From contig CAWGHO010000002.1 of assembly GCA_963822445.1 (NCBI GenBank), positions 1,056,001 to 1,120,000 of the forward strand: a stretch of 64,000 nt of DNA, written 5' to 3'. Positions 39,846-50,960 of the stretch are shown here, piece by piece; the first letter of the stretch is position 1, and each line of letters begins with the position of its first letter. The position numbers and the translations under genes were made by a program. A model generated the notes under the pieces. That model made no database searches. It saw nothing but the letters and a program-made list of their open reading frames with translations, and was not told where the DNA came from. The stretch is from an uncultured Acidobacteriota bacterium. GTDB taxonomy: Bacteria; Acidobacteriota; Thermoanaerobaculia; Gp7-AA8.

Positions 39846-40301
39846 ATGAAAGACGACAAGGTCCTCGTATTCGAGCGTCCGCCGGTCTCGCGGATCGTGT
39901 CCTGCGCGGCGGCGTTCGGGTCGGCGGCGATCTTCTTTCAATACCTGGCCGACCATCCCCACGACTACCAGCCTCTCCCGATCATCGCCCTGATCCTCCT
40001 CTTCCTCGGCACGCTGGCCGCCGCGGTCGTGCAGTACGGCGATCACATCTACTTCAGCGAGATCGGCGTGAAGTACGAGAACGCTTTGCTCAAGCTCTTC
40101 GGCAAGCGCGGGAGCTGGATGCGCTGGGAGGACATCGTCGAGGTCCGCGAGGTCAAACAGAAGGTGCTGATCCTGCTGTCGAGCAACGGACAGCGCATGC
40201 TCGTCGACGCGATTCTTGGCTATGCGATTGCACGCGCGGAGATCCTCAGGCGGGCTCCGCAGGCGATCCTCTCGGGAACGCTCGCCCGAGACGATTCTTG
40301 A
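39846..40301 (+). CDS. Hypothetical membrane protein (2 TM + bacterial PH-like domain)
   Basis: Two TM helices then the MRWEDIVEVRE motif; typical codon usage. Confidence 0.6.
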   Translation: MKDDKVLVFERPPVSRIVSCAAAFGSAAIFFQYLADHPHDYQPLPIIALILLFLGTLAAAVVQYGDHIYFSEIGVKYENALLKLFGKRGSWMRWEDIVEVREVKQKVLILLSSNGQRMLVDAILGYAIARAEILRRAPQAILSGTLARDDS

Positions 40302-42731
40302 AGCGCAAGCAGGTTTTCCTCATCGCCGCGGGCGTTGTACTCCTCGCACTGGCCGTCGTTTCCATCGTGCTCGTACGCGGGCGCGTGCGGCGGCATCGCG
40401 TCTTCCGGCCGGCCGCGGGGGAAAGCAAACCGAAGCCGCCCGAAGCCATCCCGCCGGTCGAGCAGTGGACGGCGACGTTTCAGCAGCTTTCCGGTGAGCC
40501 GCTGGAAGAGTTGCTCGAAGCGATCGAGAACAAGCATCCCGATCTCTACGCAAAGTACTCGCTGGCCTACCTGCACGGACGCGTGCTCGCGGAGAACAAC
40601 GAAAAGGCCGAGGCTGCGGCGAAGCTCGCGCCGTTTCTGGAGAAGGGCAATCCCTATCGCGAGCTCGCGCTGTACCACCGCGCGTCGATTGCCGATGGCG
40701 AAGAGGCCAGCCGTTACCGTCTGGCGCTGATCACCGAGCATCCGCAATCGCCGTATCGCGATGAAGCGATCGACGAGGAAATCGAATATCTCGCCGAGCG
40801 GGACGAGCCCCAGCCTCTCGTCGACTTCGCGGCGAAGATCGCGCCGTCGGCATCGACCGAGCGCCGTCGGGAGATGAGCGCGCGCGTCGTCGAGGCGCTG
40901 ATCGATCGCGACGTGAATGCGGCGATGACGCGCGGACTCGCGCTGCTGAACGGGGGAACGGGCGACGATGCCGCCGATCGCGTGGTTCGCGCGCTCGACA
41001 AGCCGGAGATCACGCGCCGCCTGAGCGATGCGCACCTGGCGACGTTCGGAGAGACGTTCCAGCAGCATCGCCACTACGATCGCGCCGTCGCGTATCTGCA
41101 GCTCGCCATCGCCCGGGTGAGCCCCGCGCCGCAGAAGGTTGCCGCCGCTGCGGCGGTCTCGAAGAAAAAGAAGAAAGCGCCGCCGAAGAAGAAGCCCTCG
41201 AAGAAAGCCGCGGCGAAACCCGCGCCTCCCCCACCACCACCCAACCCCCGAGCGCGCCTCGACGAGCTCCAGTTCGCCCTCGGCCGCTGCTCACTTCGGC
41301 GCCGAGCAGTATGTCGACGCGCAGCGCGTCTACCTCGCCGGCGCGCGGGCCACGCCGCACCTGCCGCAGAAGACGACCTTCCTCTGGCATGCCGCACGCG
41401 CGGCGCAACTCCGCGGCGACGACAAGGCCGCGGAACAGTTGATGACGGCGGCGATCGCGGTGAAAGGCAAGCACCCGTCAACCGTGCCGGCGCTGACGCA
41501 ACGGCTGCGAACGCGACTCGAGCAGCGGCGGTTCGCCGAAGCCGGAGCGGATCTCGCGCTGCTGCGGAAGATGGCGCCGAATGAACGCGCCGTGCTCGAA
41601 GGCTCGCTCGCTTACGCCGTGGGGATGCTCGCCGCCGGAAACCGGAACGCCGCGCTCTCCGCGCTGAACTCAGTGCCCGCGGCGCTGCTCAACGATTACG
41701 ACGACGCTGAATTCGCGTACTGGCGCGCTCGCGCATCGGGCTCGATCAGCGATTACCTGGCGGTGCTGCGCTCCACGACGCCCACACACTTCAACTACTT
41801 CGCGAGCCAGCGTGTGGCGTCGATGAAGATCGATCAGGAACTGAACGTCCGCGAGGCGCAGGTCGCGAATCTGATCGCCAAAAAGCAGTGGGACCTGGCG
41901 AAGCGCATCCAGACCGATCGCGTTCTCCTTCGTCCCGACGACGCGCAACTGAAGAAGCTCGAAGCGATTTACCGCGAGCTTCCCGCGTACCGCGCCGTGC
42001 TCGAGCTGAAGCCGCATCCGCTACCGAAGTTCCCCTTCGACACAAACGATCGCGACGCGCTGCTCATGGCCATGGGTCTGCACGACGAGGCGGTCAACGC
42101 GATCGAGAAACGGTGGCCGCTCAAGCCCGCGCGCGAAGGCCTGACCCGCTCACTGGCGCTGAACCAGGGCGCGGCGTCGCGCGAATCGATCTACGCCATC
42201 GAAGTGATGATGAAGTCGGTGCCGAAGGACTTTCATCCCGCATTGCTGCCCGAGACCGTGCAGCGGCTGCTCTATCCGCGGTACTTCTATCCGTTCATCG
42301 CCGAGGATGCGAAAAAGTACGAGGCCGATCCGGCGCTGGTGCTGTCGATCATGCGCGAGGAATCGCGCTTCAACCCGCGCGCGAAATCTGCCGCGGCCGC
42401 GCGCGGCCTGCTGCAGTTCATCATCACCACCGCTCGCGACATCGGCCAGCAGGTCGGCCTCGTCGACGTCGAGCCCGAAGACCTCTACGACCCCCGCGTC
42501 ATCATCCGCCTCGGCGCGAAATACATCGCCGAGCTCGCGGAGCAGTTCGGCGGCAACCGCTACCGCACCGCCGCCGCATACAACGCCGGCCCGAAACAGG
42601 TCGCGCTGTGGGCGCGGCTGCAGCCAGCGGAGGGGGACGACTACTTCATGACCGCGGTGAATTTCGACGAGACGAAGCACTACGTGCGGAAGGTGATGAA
42701 TTCGTACGAGAGGTACTCGGCGATTTACTAG
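40298..42731 (+). CDS. Lytic transglycosylase (SLT) with TPR-like N-terminal region (frameshift near 41285)
   Basis: LSIMREESRFNPRAKSAAAARGLLQ, AAAYNAGP, ETKHYVRKV; N-terminal TM. Confidence 0.85.
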
Positions 42732-42830
42732 TACGGCGGGCGTCCCGCCCGCACCCTGACGGGCATCCTGCCCGGCAGCTCGGCGCCGGGCGCAACGCCC
42801 GGCGCTAAGCGAGCGGGACGCTCGCCGTAC
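42731..42830. repeat. REP-like multi-hairpin element between convergent genes
   Basis: Terminal inverted repeat GTACGGCGGGCGTCCCGC / GCGGGACGCTCGCCGTAC (1 mismatch), with four short GC-rich hairpins. Confidence 0.75.
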
Positions 42831-42831
42831 G

Positions 42832-43947
42832 TCAGGAACCAATAACCCGCTCGTACAGCGCGCGGTACCGCGGCACGATCCAGCTCTCGTCGAACTCCTT
42901 CACCGCCACTTCCCGCGCGCGCTTGCCCATCCGCTTCGCCACCACGGGATCGCGCAGGATCTCGATCGCGCGCGCGGCCATCGCGTCGACGTCACCGACC
43001 GGCAGGAGATAGCCGGTCTCGCCATCGACGACGACTTCCGGCAGACCGCCGGAGCGCGTGGCGATGACGGGGATTTCCGAAGCCATGGCCTCGAGTGCGG
43101 CCATACCGAACGACTCCGTCTCGGAAGGCAGCAGGAACAGATCGCAGCCGCCGAGGACCTCCTCGAGATTGGGAACGTTGCCGAGGAAGAAGACGCGGTC
43201 GCGCAGCTCGCGCTCGCGGATGTACGCCTCGGCGCGCGAGCGCTCCGGCCCGTCACCGATCATGATCAGCCGGCTGGGAACCTCCCGCGCCACGCGCTCG
43301 AAGGTCATGACCACGTCCATGATCCGTTTCACCGGCCGGAAGTTCGAGACGTGGCAGAGCAGCTTGTCGCCGGGCGCGCCGTAGATGTTGCACACCTTCG
43401 AGTCGCGCTTGAAGCGCGCCGGGTCGACGAAGTTGGGGATCACGTCGATCTCCTTCGACGTGTTGAAGTGCATCACCGTCTCGTCCTTCAGCCACTGCGA
43501 GACCGCGGTCACGCCGTCCGACACTTCGATGCCGAACTTCGTGATCGGCAGATAGCTCTCGTCGCGGCCGACGAGAGTGATGTCCGTGCCGTGCAGCGTG
43601 GTGATCACCTTCAGCTTCGAGCGCATGATCTGCTTCGCGAGATACGCGCTGATGGCGTGCGGAATCGCGTAATGCACGTGCAGGATGTCGAGCTTCTCGT
43701 ACGCCGCCACCTCGGCCATCTTCGTCGCCAGCGCCAGCGTGTACGGCGGATAAGGATCGAAGAGCGGATACGGCGTGACGTTGACCTCGTGGAAGTGCAC
43801 GCGCTCGTGCAGCACGTTCAGGCGCGAGGGCATCGCGTAGCTGATGAAGTGCACGTCGTCGCCGCCCTTGGCCAGCGCCAGGCCGAGCTCCGTCGCCACG
43901 ACTCCCGAGCCGCCGAAGGTGGGATAGCAGGTGATCCCGATCTTCAT
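42832..43947 (-). CDS. bshA: N-acetyl-alpha-D-glucosaminyl L-malate synthase
   Basis: MKIGITCYPTFGGSGVVATELG, LHVHYAIPHA, TTLHGTDITLVG, HVSNFRPVKR, ESFGMAALEAMA. Confidence 0.95.
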   Translation of the reverse strand: MKIGITCYPTFGGSGVVATELGLALAKGGDDVHFISYAMPSRLNVLHERVHFHEVNVTPYPLFDPYPPYTLALATKMAEVAAYEKLDILHVHYAIPHAISAYLAKQIMRSKLKVITTLHGTDITLVGRDESYLPITKFGIEVSDGVTAVSQWLKDETVMHFNTSKEIDVIPNFVDPARFKRDSKVCNIYGAPGDKLLCHVSNFRPVKRIMDVVMTFERVAREVPSRLIMIGDGPERSRAEAYIRERELRDRVFFLGNVPNLEEVLGGCDLFLLPSETESFGMAALEAMASEIPVIATRSGGLPEVVVDGETGYLLPVGDVDAMAARAIEILRDPVVAKRMGKRAREVAVKEFDESWIVPRYRALYERVIGS

Positions 43948-44669
43948 GACACTTCGCGTCCCGAGTACGCCGCAATCACGTCGTCGATCTTCGGTGGCTG
44001 CTTCGTCACGAACGCCTCGCCGTACTGGGCGCCGATCAGAGCCCCGAAATGCTTGCCGCGGGCCTCGATCATGTCCAGGAATTTCGGGTCGGAGATGAAG
44101 GTGTTCGGCTCTTTCGAGTTCGGATCGAAGAACTGCGACTTGTACGCGGCTACGGCCTTCATCTTCGTCTTCCAGTGCTTCGTCACGTCGACCACGAACG
44201 ACGGCGGAAACATGTAGTTCTGCAAGTAGTACGCAACGGTTTGCGGCCGATGCGCGGGTCTGTCCGTCTTCAGCGACTTCAATCCCGCGTAAAACGAAGC
44301 CTCGGTCACGATCCGCCCGGTGCGGGTGTGATCGGGATGGCGATCGTCGGGATAGGGCGCGATGACGAAGCGGGGCTTGCGGACGCGCAGGATCTCGATG
44401 ATCTGCAGCTCTTCCTCGCGGCCGGTGCGCAGGTTGCCGTCGCCGAAATCGAGCGACTCGCGGAACGTTGCGCCGAGGGCTTTCGCGGCCGCGGCGGATT
44501 CTCGCTTCCGCGTTTGCGGCGTGCCGCGCGTGCCCATTTCGCCGCGGGTCAGATCGACGATGCCGATGCGAAAGCCGTCCTTCACGAATTTCGCGGCCGC
44601 GCCGCCCGCGCTGAGCTCCACGTCGTCCGGATGCGCGCCGAAGAAGATGATGTCGACTGTATCTGTCAT
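43944..44669 (-). CDS. bshB1: Bacillithiol biosynthesis deacetylase
   Basis: GAHPDDVEL, DLTRGEMGTRG, DRHPDH, AYKSQF, YGEAF. Confidence 0.92.
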   Translation of the reverse strand: MTDTVDIIFFGAHPDDVELSAGGAAAKFVKDGFRIGIVDLTRGEMGTRGTPQTRKRESAAAAKALGATFRESLDFGDGNLRTGREEELQIIEILRVRKPRFVIAPYPDDRHPDHTRTGRIVTEASFYAGLKSLKTDRPAHRPQTVAYYLQNYMFPPSFVVDVTKHWKTKMKAVAAYKSQFFDPNSKEPNTFISDPKFLDMIEARGKHFGALIGAQYGEAFVTKQPPKIDDVIAAYSGREVS

Positions 44670-46186
44670 AAGCTCCACGATTCTGAAGTGATCCGAATCC
44701 GGCTCGATCTCCTCGACGATGCGATCGAGAAGATGCGAGCCGTAGACGCACCAGTAAGCGAACCAGCCCACAACACGGTCCTGCACGTGGCGGTCGGGGT
44801 AAAACGTGGCCACGAGCTCGCGCGCCGCGGCGAAGCGCTCGCGGTCCTTGCGGACGAGGCCCTTGATCGCGCGCTCGGCCAGTTTCTCGAAGTGAAATTC
44901 GAGATGACCGATCGAGCGCTGAATCGATCCGGCCAGTGAATGATCGGCGGGCAGAGACAATTCGCCGATCTGCTCGATGCGCTTCATCAACTCCCGCTTT
45001 CCTTCCGCCTTCAGCGCGTGGATCTTCGCGACGCCCTCCGGCTCGCGCTCGGTCGAGCAACGCTTCCGGTGACGCGAAGACTTCCGTCGGATCGATCTCG
45101 TACCGCTCGAACATGCGCGTGACGCGTTTCGGCGCAACGAGCACATGACCGCGCAACGCGACGCGAGGCATCGTGACGCCGAGAAGGTCGTGCAACGTGC
45201 TCAGTCTGCGCGTAGTACGCGACTTCCGCGGGACCGCCGACGAAGATGTCCGGGCGGAGGACGAAATCCTGCAGCAGCGGACGGGTGAGGGCGGAGGTGG
45301 AGATCCTCTCGGGATCGGGAAGGCGCGTCAGCGGCACGCGGTGGTTGTTCGCGTCGAGCTCGTAGAGCAGCGTGTACTCGTCGCCGTCGCGAGCGATGAT
45401 CTGTTCGCTGTACCCGGCGGCCTTCAGCTCATCGCCGCGGTCGTTCAGCGCGGCCTGAATCTCGTCGCGCCGCGCGTGGATCTGGCCGAAGAGCGACGCG
45501 CCGGCGCGGCGAAGCTCGGGCAGCAATGCATCGACGAGGATGACTTCGCCGCCGGCGACGCTGGCGATCAGTTCAGCGAAGGAATCGCGAAAGGTGATGC
45601 CCGCGCGGAGCCAGTTGGGGCGGGGGATGTCGAAGAGGGCGAGGAGCTGGGTGATCAGCGAATCGGGAACGGGAAGCGATCCGACGGCGGCGCGACCATC
45701 CGCCCCACGGATCGCGCGCATACAGACCAGGTCGAGCTGGCGGTTGACGTCTTTCTGCGGCGCTAGTGTCGACACCGGCACATTCAGCTGCGCCACTTCA
45801 TCGAAGTCATGATCCTCGGTCGCCAGCCAGAAGAACGCCGTGACCGGCGTGCCCTGCGCTTCGAAGTCGCGCTTCATCTTGATGAGCGTGGCCAGCTTCG
45901 CGAGGGTGTACAGCGGGCCGCCGGCGAAGCCGACCTGCTGGCCGGCGACGATGGTGAGAGTCTCGCCGCGCTGCCATTTCTCGATCGGTTCGCGGGCGAA
46001 GATGCCCCAGTGGCGGTTGCTGTTCTGGACTGCGGCAGCAAAGCTGCCGCTCTTAGAGCTGCGGCTCTGCCGCAGCAGTCCAGAGGGGTTACGCGGCACG
46101 AATTGCGTCGCGTTCTTCTCGCCCGCCAGCCAATCGAGCACGAACCTGTTCATGCCCGGGTACTGCGTCAGCGGCACGCGCGTCAT
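44670..46186 (-). CDS. bshC: Bacillithiol cysteine-adding enzyme (frameshifts near 45200 and 45060; no stop before bshB1 as sequenced)
   Basis: VAGQQVGFAGGPLYTLAK, FWLATEDHDFDEV, SALTRPLLQD, VGGPAEVAYYAQ, YPDRHVQDRV. Confidence 0.88.
46024..46084. repeat. REP-like palindromic element inside the bshC coding sequence
   Basis: TCTGGACTGC-GGCAGCAAAGCTGCCGC...GCTGCGGCTCTGCCGCA-GCAGTCCAGA. Confidence 0.7.
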
Positions 46187-46900
46187 CAGCGTTTGCTCCC
46201 GACCAGGATCAGGCGCGGCGAGGTGCGGTCGAAGGCCGAGCCGTCGAAGTCGCCGAACGCGGCGCGGATGATCAGATTGCTGGACGCGAACATGGCCGAG
46301 ATCTCGTCGAGATCGTAGCCTCGTACGCGCTCCAGCTAGCGCTTTTGACCGATCGTCATCCGTTTGTTGATCGATCGGTCCGATCGGTCGAACCACCTCT
46401 CTATGAACACGTCGCCGAGGGGTGTCGTTCGCGTCTCGCGCTGGACGAGGTTCTCCAGCTCGCGGTGGACGTTGAGATAGTCGAAGAGGAACATGGCGCC
46501 GGAACGCGAGCACGCGGCTCATCTCCCGGACGACCTGCGCGTTCTCATCTTCGGTGGAGAAGTAGCCGAAGCTGGTGAAGAAGTTCACCAGGGCCGCGAA
46601 CACACCGTCGCAGAAAGGCAGATGGCGCATGTCCGCGCGCGCGACCGGCATCGCTCCATATTCGCGAACGCCGGTGCGCAGCAGCGTGTAGGAAAGGTCG
46701 CAGCCGACGCGCGTGATAGTCCGAGGGCCTGCAGTTCCTGGATGTGGCGGCCCATTCCGCAGGCCAGGTCGAGCACCGGGCCGTCGACGCGTCCGGCACT
46801 GGTCGCTGAAGAACGCCACCTGCTGGCGCGCCTCGTTCTCGTCGCGGTGGGAGTAGAGCTCGAGATACTCCTCGCCGAACCATTCCTGGTACCAGGCCAT
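46186..46900 (-). CDS. Class I SAM-dependent methyltransferase, candidate bacillithiol N-methyltransferase (frameshifts and a TAG in this sequence)
   Basis: WYQEWFGEEYLELYSHRD; VLDLACGMGRH; GCDLS; ADMRHLPF; NFFTSFGYF. Stop overlaps the bshC start (TGATG). Confidence 0.75.
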
Positions 46901-46924
46901 GAATCGGGGAGTGTATACGGGCCG

Positions 46925-47941
46925 TCAGACCCGGCGATTCTCGATGATGCGCACGTTCTCCCGGGCGCGCTCCAGCGCCGCCTCCAGGCTGGCCACGAGC
47001 GCCTTCGCGTTCGCGAGCAGCTCCTGCATCTCCGCCTGTTCCGCGCCGGCGTCGTGAATCTGCGCGGCGGGCTCGGCGAACGGATCCTCGAAGTCGTCGA
47101 CGGTGACCTCCGGCTCGGCGACGGCGACGTCGGCGAACGGATCGTCCTCGACCTCGACGGGATGCTCACCGGTGTCGAACGGAGAGATCGCCGCCCCGAA
47201 CGGTGACTGCTGCAGGACGGGGGGAGCGGGAGGAGCCGCGGGCGCGGCCTCGCTCTTCATCGACAGCTTCGGCGTTCCCGCCGAATGCGCGGCCACGCCC
47301 GATCGCTGGGTCATGTCCGGCGCGGTCAGCTCCGGCTCTTCATGCAGCGTCGTGTCGACGTTGTTCTTGAGGTTGTCGAGAATTTTCGACACCGCCGCGC
47401 GCAACGTCGCGGTAACCCCGACGCCGGTTTTGGCCGACGCCTCGATGACCGGCGCGTTGCCCGGCTGCAGATAGGCGGACATGTCCTCGACCGTGTCGAC
47501 ATTGGGTAAATCGCGCTTGTTGTACTGAAAGACGATCGCGACTTTCTCCGGATCGAGGCGATTGAGGCGCAGGTTGGTCTTGAGATTTTCGAGGCTGTCG
47601 AGGTTCGAGGCGTGCATGGTGTTCTGCGAATCGGCAACGAACACCACCCCATCCGCCCCGCGCAGCACGAGCTTGCGCGTGGCGTCGTAAAACACCTGGC
47701 CGGGCACGGTGTAGAGCTGCACGCGGACCTTCTGGCCGGCAATGGTGCCCAGCTCCATCGGCATGAAGTCGAAGAAGAGCGTGCGGTCCGTCTCCGTCGA
47801 CATGGAGATCATCTTTCCCTTGTTCTCGAGCTTCGGATTTCCGTAGATCTTCTCGAGATTGGTGGTCTTGCCGCACAGGCCCGGCCCGTAATAAACGAGC
47901 TTGACCGTGACTTCGTTGATGGCCTTGTTGATCAGAACCAT
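46925..47941 (-). CDS. mglA: MglA-family small GTPase with long C-terminal extension
   Basis: KLVYYGPGLCGKTTNL, DRTLFFDF, LYTVPGQVFY, GADGVVFVADSQ, QYNKRDL, EASA. Confidence 0.85.
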   Translation of the reverse strand: MVLINKAINEVTVKLVYYGPGLCGKTTNLEKIYGNPKLENKGKMISMSTETDRTLFFDFMPMELGTIAGQKVRVQLYTVPGQVFYDATRKLVLRGADGVVFVADSQNTMHASNLDSLENLKTNLRLNRLDPEKVAIVFQYNKRDLPNVDTVEDMSAYLQPGNAPVIEASAKTGVGVTATLRAAVSKILDNLKNNVDTTLHEEPELTAPDMTQRSGVAAHSAGTPKLSMKSEAAPAAPPAPPVLQQSPFGAAISPFDTGEHPVEVEDDPFADVAVAEPEVTVDDFEDPFAEPAAQIHDAGAEQAEMQELLANAKALVASLEAALERARENVRIIENRRV

Positions 47942-47994
47942 GGATTGTTTCCTCTCGGGGACCGACCGTCGAATCTTACTAGAATAGGGATCAC

Positions 47995-50274
47995 ATGCTC
48001 GTGCCGGGGTCGCGCGTCGGTCCATACGAAGTGCTCTCTCTTCTCGGCGAAGGCGGCATGGGCCAGGTCTATCGCGGCCGCGATCCCCGCCTCGGACGCG
48101 ACATCGCCATCAAAGTCCTGGCGAAGGACTCCTCGCAGGACGCCGACGCCATCGCGAGGCTCGAGCGCGAAGCTCGTGCGATCGCGGCGCTCTCCCATCC
48201 GAACATCGTCGCCGTGCATGACGTCGGGCGCGAAGACGGCAACTTCTACGTCGTCACGGAGTTGCTCGAGGGCTTGACGTTGCGCGAGCAGATTCACGCC
48301 GCGCCTCTGACCTGGCGCCGCGCCGTCGAAGTGGGTGCGGAAGTCGCGGAAGGCCTCGCGGCCGCGCACGCGAAGTCGATCGTCCACCGCGACCTCAAGC
48401 CCGAAAACATCTTCCTCACCAGCGACGGGCGGGTGAAGGTGCTCGATTTCGGGCTCGCGCAAACCGATCCGCTGCTGATGCAGCGCGACGAGATCAACAT
48501 CCCCACGACGAAATGGTTCCAGACCCATCCGGGAACGGTCATCGGAACGCTCGGCTACATGGCGCCCGAGCAACTTCGCGGCGAAGCCGTCGACCCCAGC
48601 GCGGACATCTTCGCCCTCGGCTGCATCCTCTACGAGATGGTCACGGCCAAGAAACCGTTCCATCGCGAGTCTGGCGCGGCGACGATCGCCGCGATTCTCA
48701 AAGAAGAGATTCCGCGCGCGTCGCTGACTTCGAAGGTGCCGCCGGAGTTTCAGCGGATCATCGAAGGCTGCGTGGAAAAAGTCGCGGCGATGCGCTTCCA
48801 GTCGGCGCGCGATCTCGCCCTCACCCTTCGCGCCATCGGCAGCAGCGCGTCGAATCTCGACGAGAATCTGATCCGCCACATCACCCGGCCGCGGAAATCG
48901 AAATCGATCGACTCCATCGCCGTCCTGCCGCTCAGCAACGCCACGAACGACCCCGACACGGAGTACCTGAGCGACGGCATCACCGAGAGCCTGATCAACC
49001 GCCTCTCGCAGTTGCCGAAGCTGAAGGTAATGGCCCGCAGCACCGCCTTCCGCTACAAGAACCGCGACGCGGATGCACAAGCGGTCGGCCGCGAGTTGCG
49101 CGTGCGGGCGGTACTGACCGGTCGCGTACAGCACATCGGCGAGCGGGTCGTCGTCAACGTCGAGCTGGTCGATTCGCTCGACGGCTCCCTGCTCTGGGGC
49201 GAGACTTACAACCGCGAGCTCGCCGATCTGCTCAAGCTGCAGGAAGAGATGTCCGCGGAGATCGCCGACAAGCTGCGCCTCAAGCTCACCGGCGCGGACA
49301 AGAAGAAACTGCGCAAACGCGCGACGCAGAACAGCGAGGCCTATCAGCTCTACCTGAAAGGCCGCTATCACTGGAACAAGCGGACCGGCGAGAGCGTCCG
49401 CCGCGGCATTCAACTGTTTCGCGAGGCCATCGAGGTCGATCCCACGTTCGCGAGCGCCCACGCCGGTCTCGCCGACAGCTTCATCACCCTGGCCACGAAC
49501 ATCCCTCTCCCGCCGCATGACGCCATGCCCAAAGCAAAAGCCTCGGCGATGCGCGCCATCCAGATCGACGACGGACTCGCCGAAGCCTGGGCGTCGCTGG
49601 GGGCGGTGCGGTGGTGGTTCGACTGGGATTGGGACGGCGCCGAGGAGGCGTACAAGCGGGCGATCGAGCTCAATCCGAACTACGCGACGGCGCACGACGG
49701 CTACGCGATGCTGCTTGCGGCGCGCGGCCGTTTCGGTGAGGCGATCGAGCAGAACACGAAGGCCGCCGATCTCGATCCGCTCTCGCTGATCGCCGCTGTG
49801 CACGCGGGATGGCCCTTCTACTTCGCGCGCGATTTCGAATCGGCCATCCGCCGCTTTCGCAAGGCCCTCGATCTCGACGAGCACTTCATCCCCGCCCACG
49901 GCTGGCTGGGAATGGCCCTCGGCCAGCAGCGCCGCTACGACGAAGCCATCGATGCATTCGCCCGTGCGCTGGAAGTCGATCGCATACCCATTCTCATGGC
50001 CATGCTCGCCCACACGCACGCGATTGCCGGCCATCGCGATCGCGCCGAAGAGCTGCTGGCGGATCTCGTGGCGCAGTCGCAGAGCCGGTACATCTCGCCT
50101 TACGACATCGCCGTCGTGCACGCCGGCCTGGGGAACACGAGCGAAGCGCTGAAGCACCTGCGCGATGCCGTCGAGGACCGGTCGGCGTGGCTCGTGTTCG
50201 TGAACGTCGATCCGCGGTTGGATTCGTTGAGGGGAGAGGTGGGATTTGGGGAGATCGGGACGGCGTTACACTAG
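47995..50274 (+). CDS. Ser/Thr protein kinase with TolB_N-like and TPR domains
   Basis: [29 protein letters not shown]; SIAVLPL...[11 protein letters not shown]; TPR repeats. Confidence 0.92.
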   Translation: MLVPGSRVGPYEVLSLLGEGGMGQVYRGRDPRLGRDIAIKVLAKDSSQDADAIARLEREARAIAALSHPNIVAVHDVGREDGNFYVVTELLEGLTLREQIHAAPLTWRRAVEVGAEVAEGLAAAHAKSIVHRDLKPENIFLTSDGRVKVLDFGLAQTDPLLMQRDEINIPTTKWFQTHPGTVIGTLGYMAPEQLRGEAVDPSADIFALGCILYEMVTAKKPFHRESGAATIAAILKEEIPRASLTSKVPPEFQRIIEGCVEKVAAMRFQSARDLALTLRAIGSSASNLDENLIRHITRPRKSKSIDSIAVLPLSNATNDPDTEYLSDGITESLINRLSQLPKLKVMARSTAFRYKNRDADAQAVGRELRVRAVLTGRVQHIGERVVVNVELVDSLDGSLLWGETYNRELADLLKLQEEMSAEIADKLRLKLTGADKKKLRKRATQNSEAYQLYLKGRYHWNKRTGESVRRGIQLFREAIEVDPTFASAHAGLADSFITLATNIPLPPHDAMPKAKASAMRAIQIDDGLAEAWASLGAVRWWFDWDWDGAEEAYKRAIELNPNYATAHDGYAMLLAARGRFGEAIEQNTKAADLDPLSLIAAVHAGWPFYFARDFESAIRRFRKALDLDEHFIPAHGWLGMALGQQRRYDEAIDAFARALEVDRIPILMAMLAHTHAIAGHRDRAEELLADLVAQSQSRYISPYDIAVVHAGLGNTSEALKHLRDAVEDRSAWLVFVNVDPRLDSLRGEVGFGEIGTALH

Positions 50275-50281
50275 CCTCCTC

Positions 50282-50959
50282 ATGTCCCGGAAAGAACTTC
50301 TGGCCCGAGTCCAGACCGAACAGATCATCGGCGTCGTCCGCGAGAACACCGTCGAGGCGGCGCTGGCCGTCGCGCATGCGTATGCGCAGAACGGCATCCG
50401 CATCCTCGAGATCACACTCACCTCACCCGACGCCATCGAGCTGATCGCCACCGTCGCCCAGCAATACGCGGGCGAGATCGTCGTCGCCGCGGGAACCGTG
50501 CGCAGCACCAACGACGCGGCCATGGCCCGGCGCGCAGGCGCGGAAGTGATCGTCTCGCCGCACACCGACCCGCACGTCATCGAATACGCGAACGAAAACG
50601 ACCTGCTCTGCGTCGCCGGCGCGGCAACCTGCACGGAGATCATCCGCGCGTGGGAGCTCGGCGCGGACATCGTCAAGGTCTACCCCGCCCATCACCTCGG
50701 CGGCCCCGACTTCATCCGCACCATCCGCGGTCCCATTCGCGACGTGTTGATGCTCGCCGGCGGACCGGTGCCGCTCGACGAGATCGACGCCTACCTCGAT
50801 GCCGGTTGCGTCGCTGTCAATCTCGGCGGATCGCTCGCCGTTCCGGACCTCGTGCGCGACGAGCAGTGGGAAGAGATCGGACGCCGCGTGGTTCTGGCGA
50901 CGTCGATCGTGGCGTCGCGGCGCGCCATCGCAGAGTCCATCGCCCCCTATGTTCACTGA
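50282..50959 (+). CDS. eda: KDPG/KHG aldolase family protein
   Basis: GIRILEITLTSP, AGTV, IVSPH, VKVYPA, GG. Confidence 0.8.
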   Translation: MSRKELLARVQTEQIIGVVRENTVEAALAVAHAYAQNGIRILEITLTSPDAIELIATVAQQYAGEIVVAAGTVRSTNDAAMARRAGAEVIVSPHTDPHVIEYANENDLLCVAGAATCTEIIRAWELGADIVKVYPAHHLGGPDFIRTIRGPIRDVLMLAGGPVPLDEIDAYLDAGCVAVNLGGSLAVPDLVRDEQWEEIGRRVVLATSIVASRRAIAESIAPYVH

Positions 50960-50960
50960 C

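Noticed and set aside
42832-45195. 787-aa ORF extending bshA upstream
   Set aside because: The upstream part is an off-frame read of bshB1 plus a frameshifted bshC fragment. BshA starts at MKIGITCYP (43947).
46336-46338. Pyrrolysine or stop-codon readthrough at the in-frame TAG
   Set aside because: No pyl genes are in the window, and the site lies in a gene with several other apparent errors; a TAC-to-TAG miscall is simpler.
45011-46900. 629-aa ORF suggesting a methyltransferase-BshC fusion
   Set aside because: It arises from frameshifts in the methyltransferase. The methyltransferase's own C-terminus ends at a TGA overlapping the bshC ATG at 46186.
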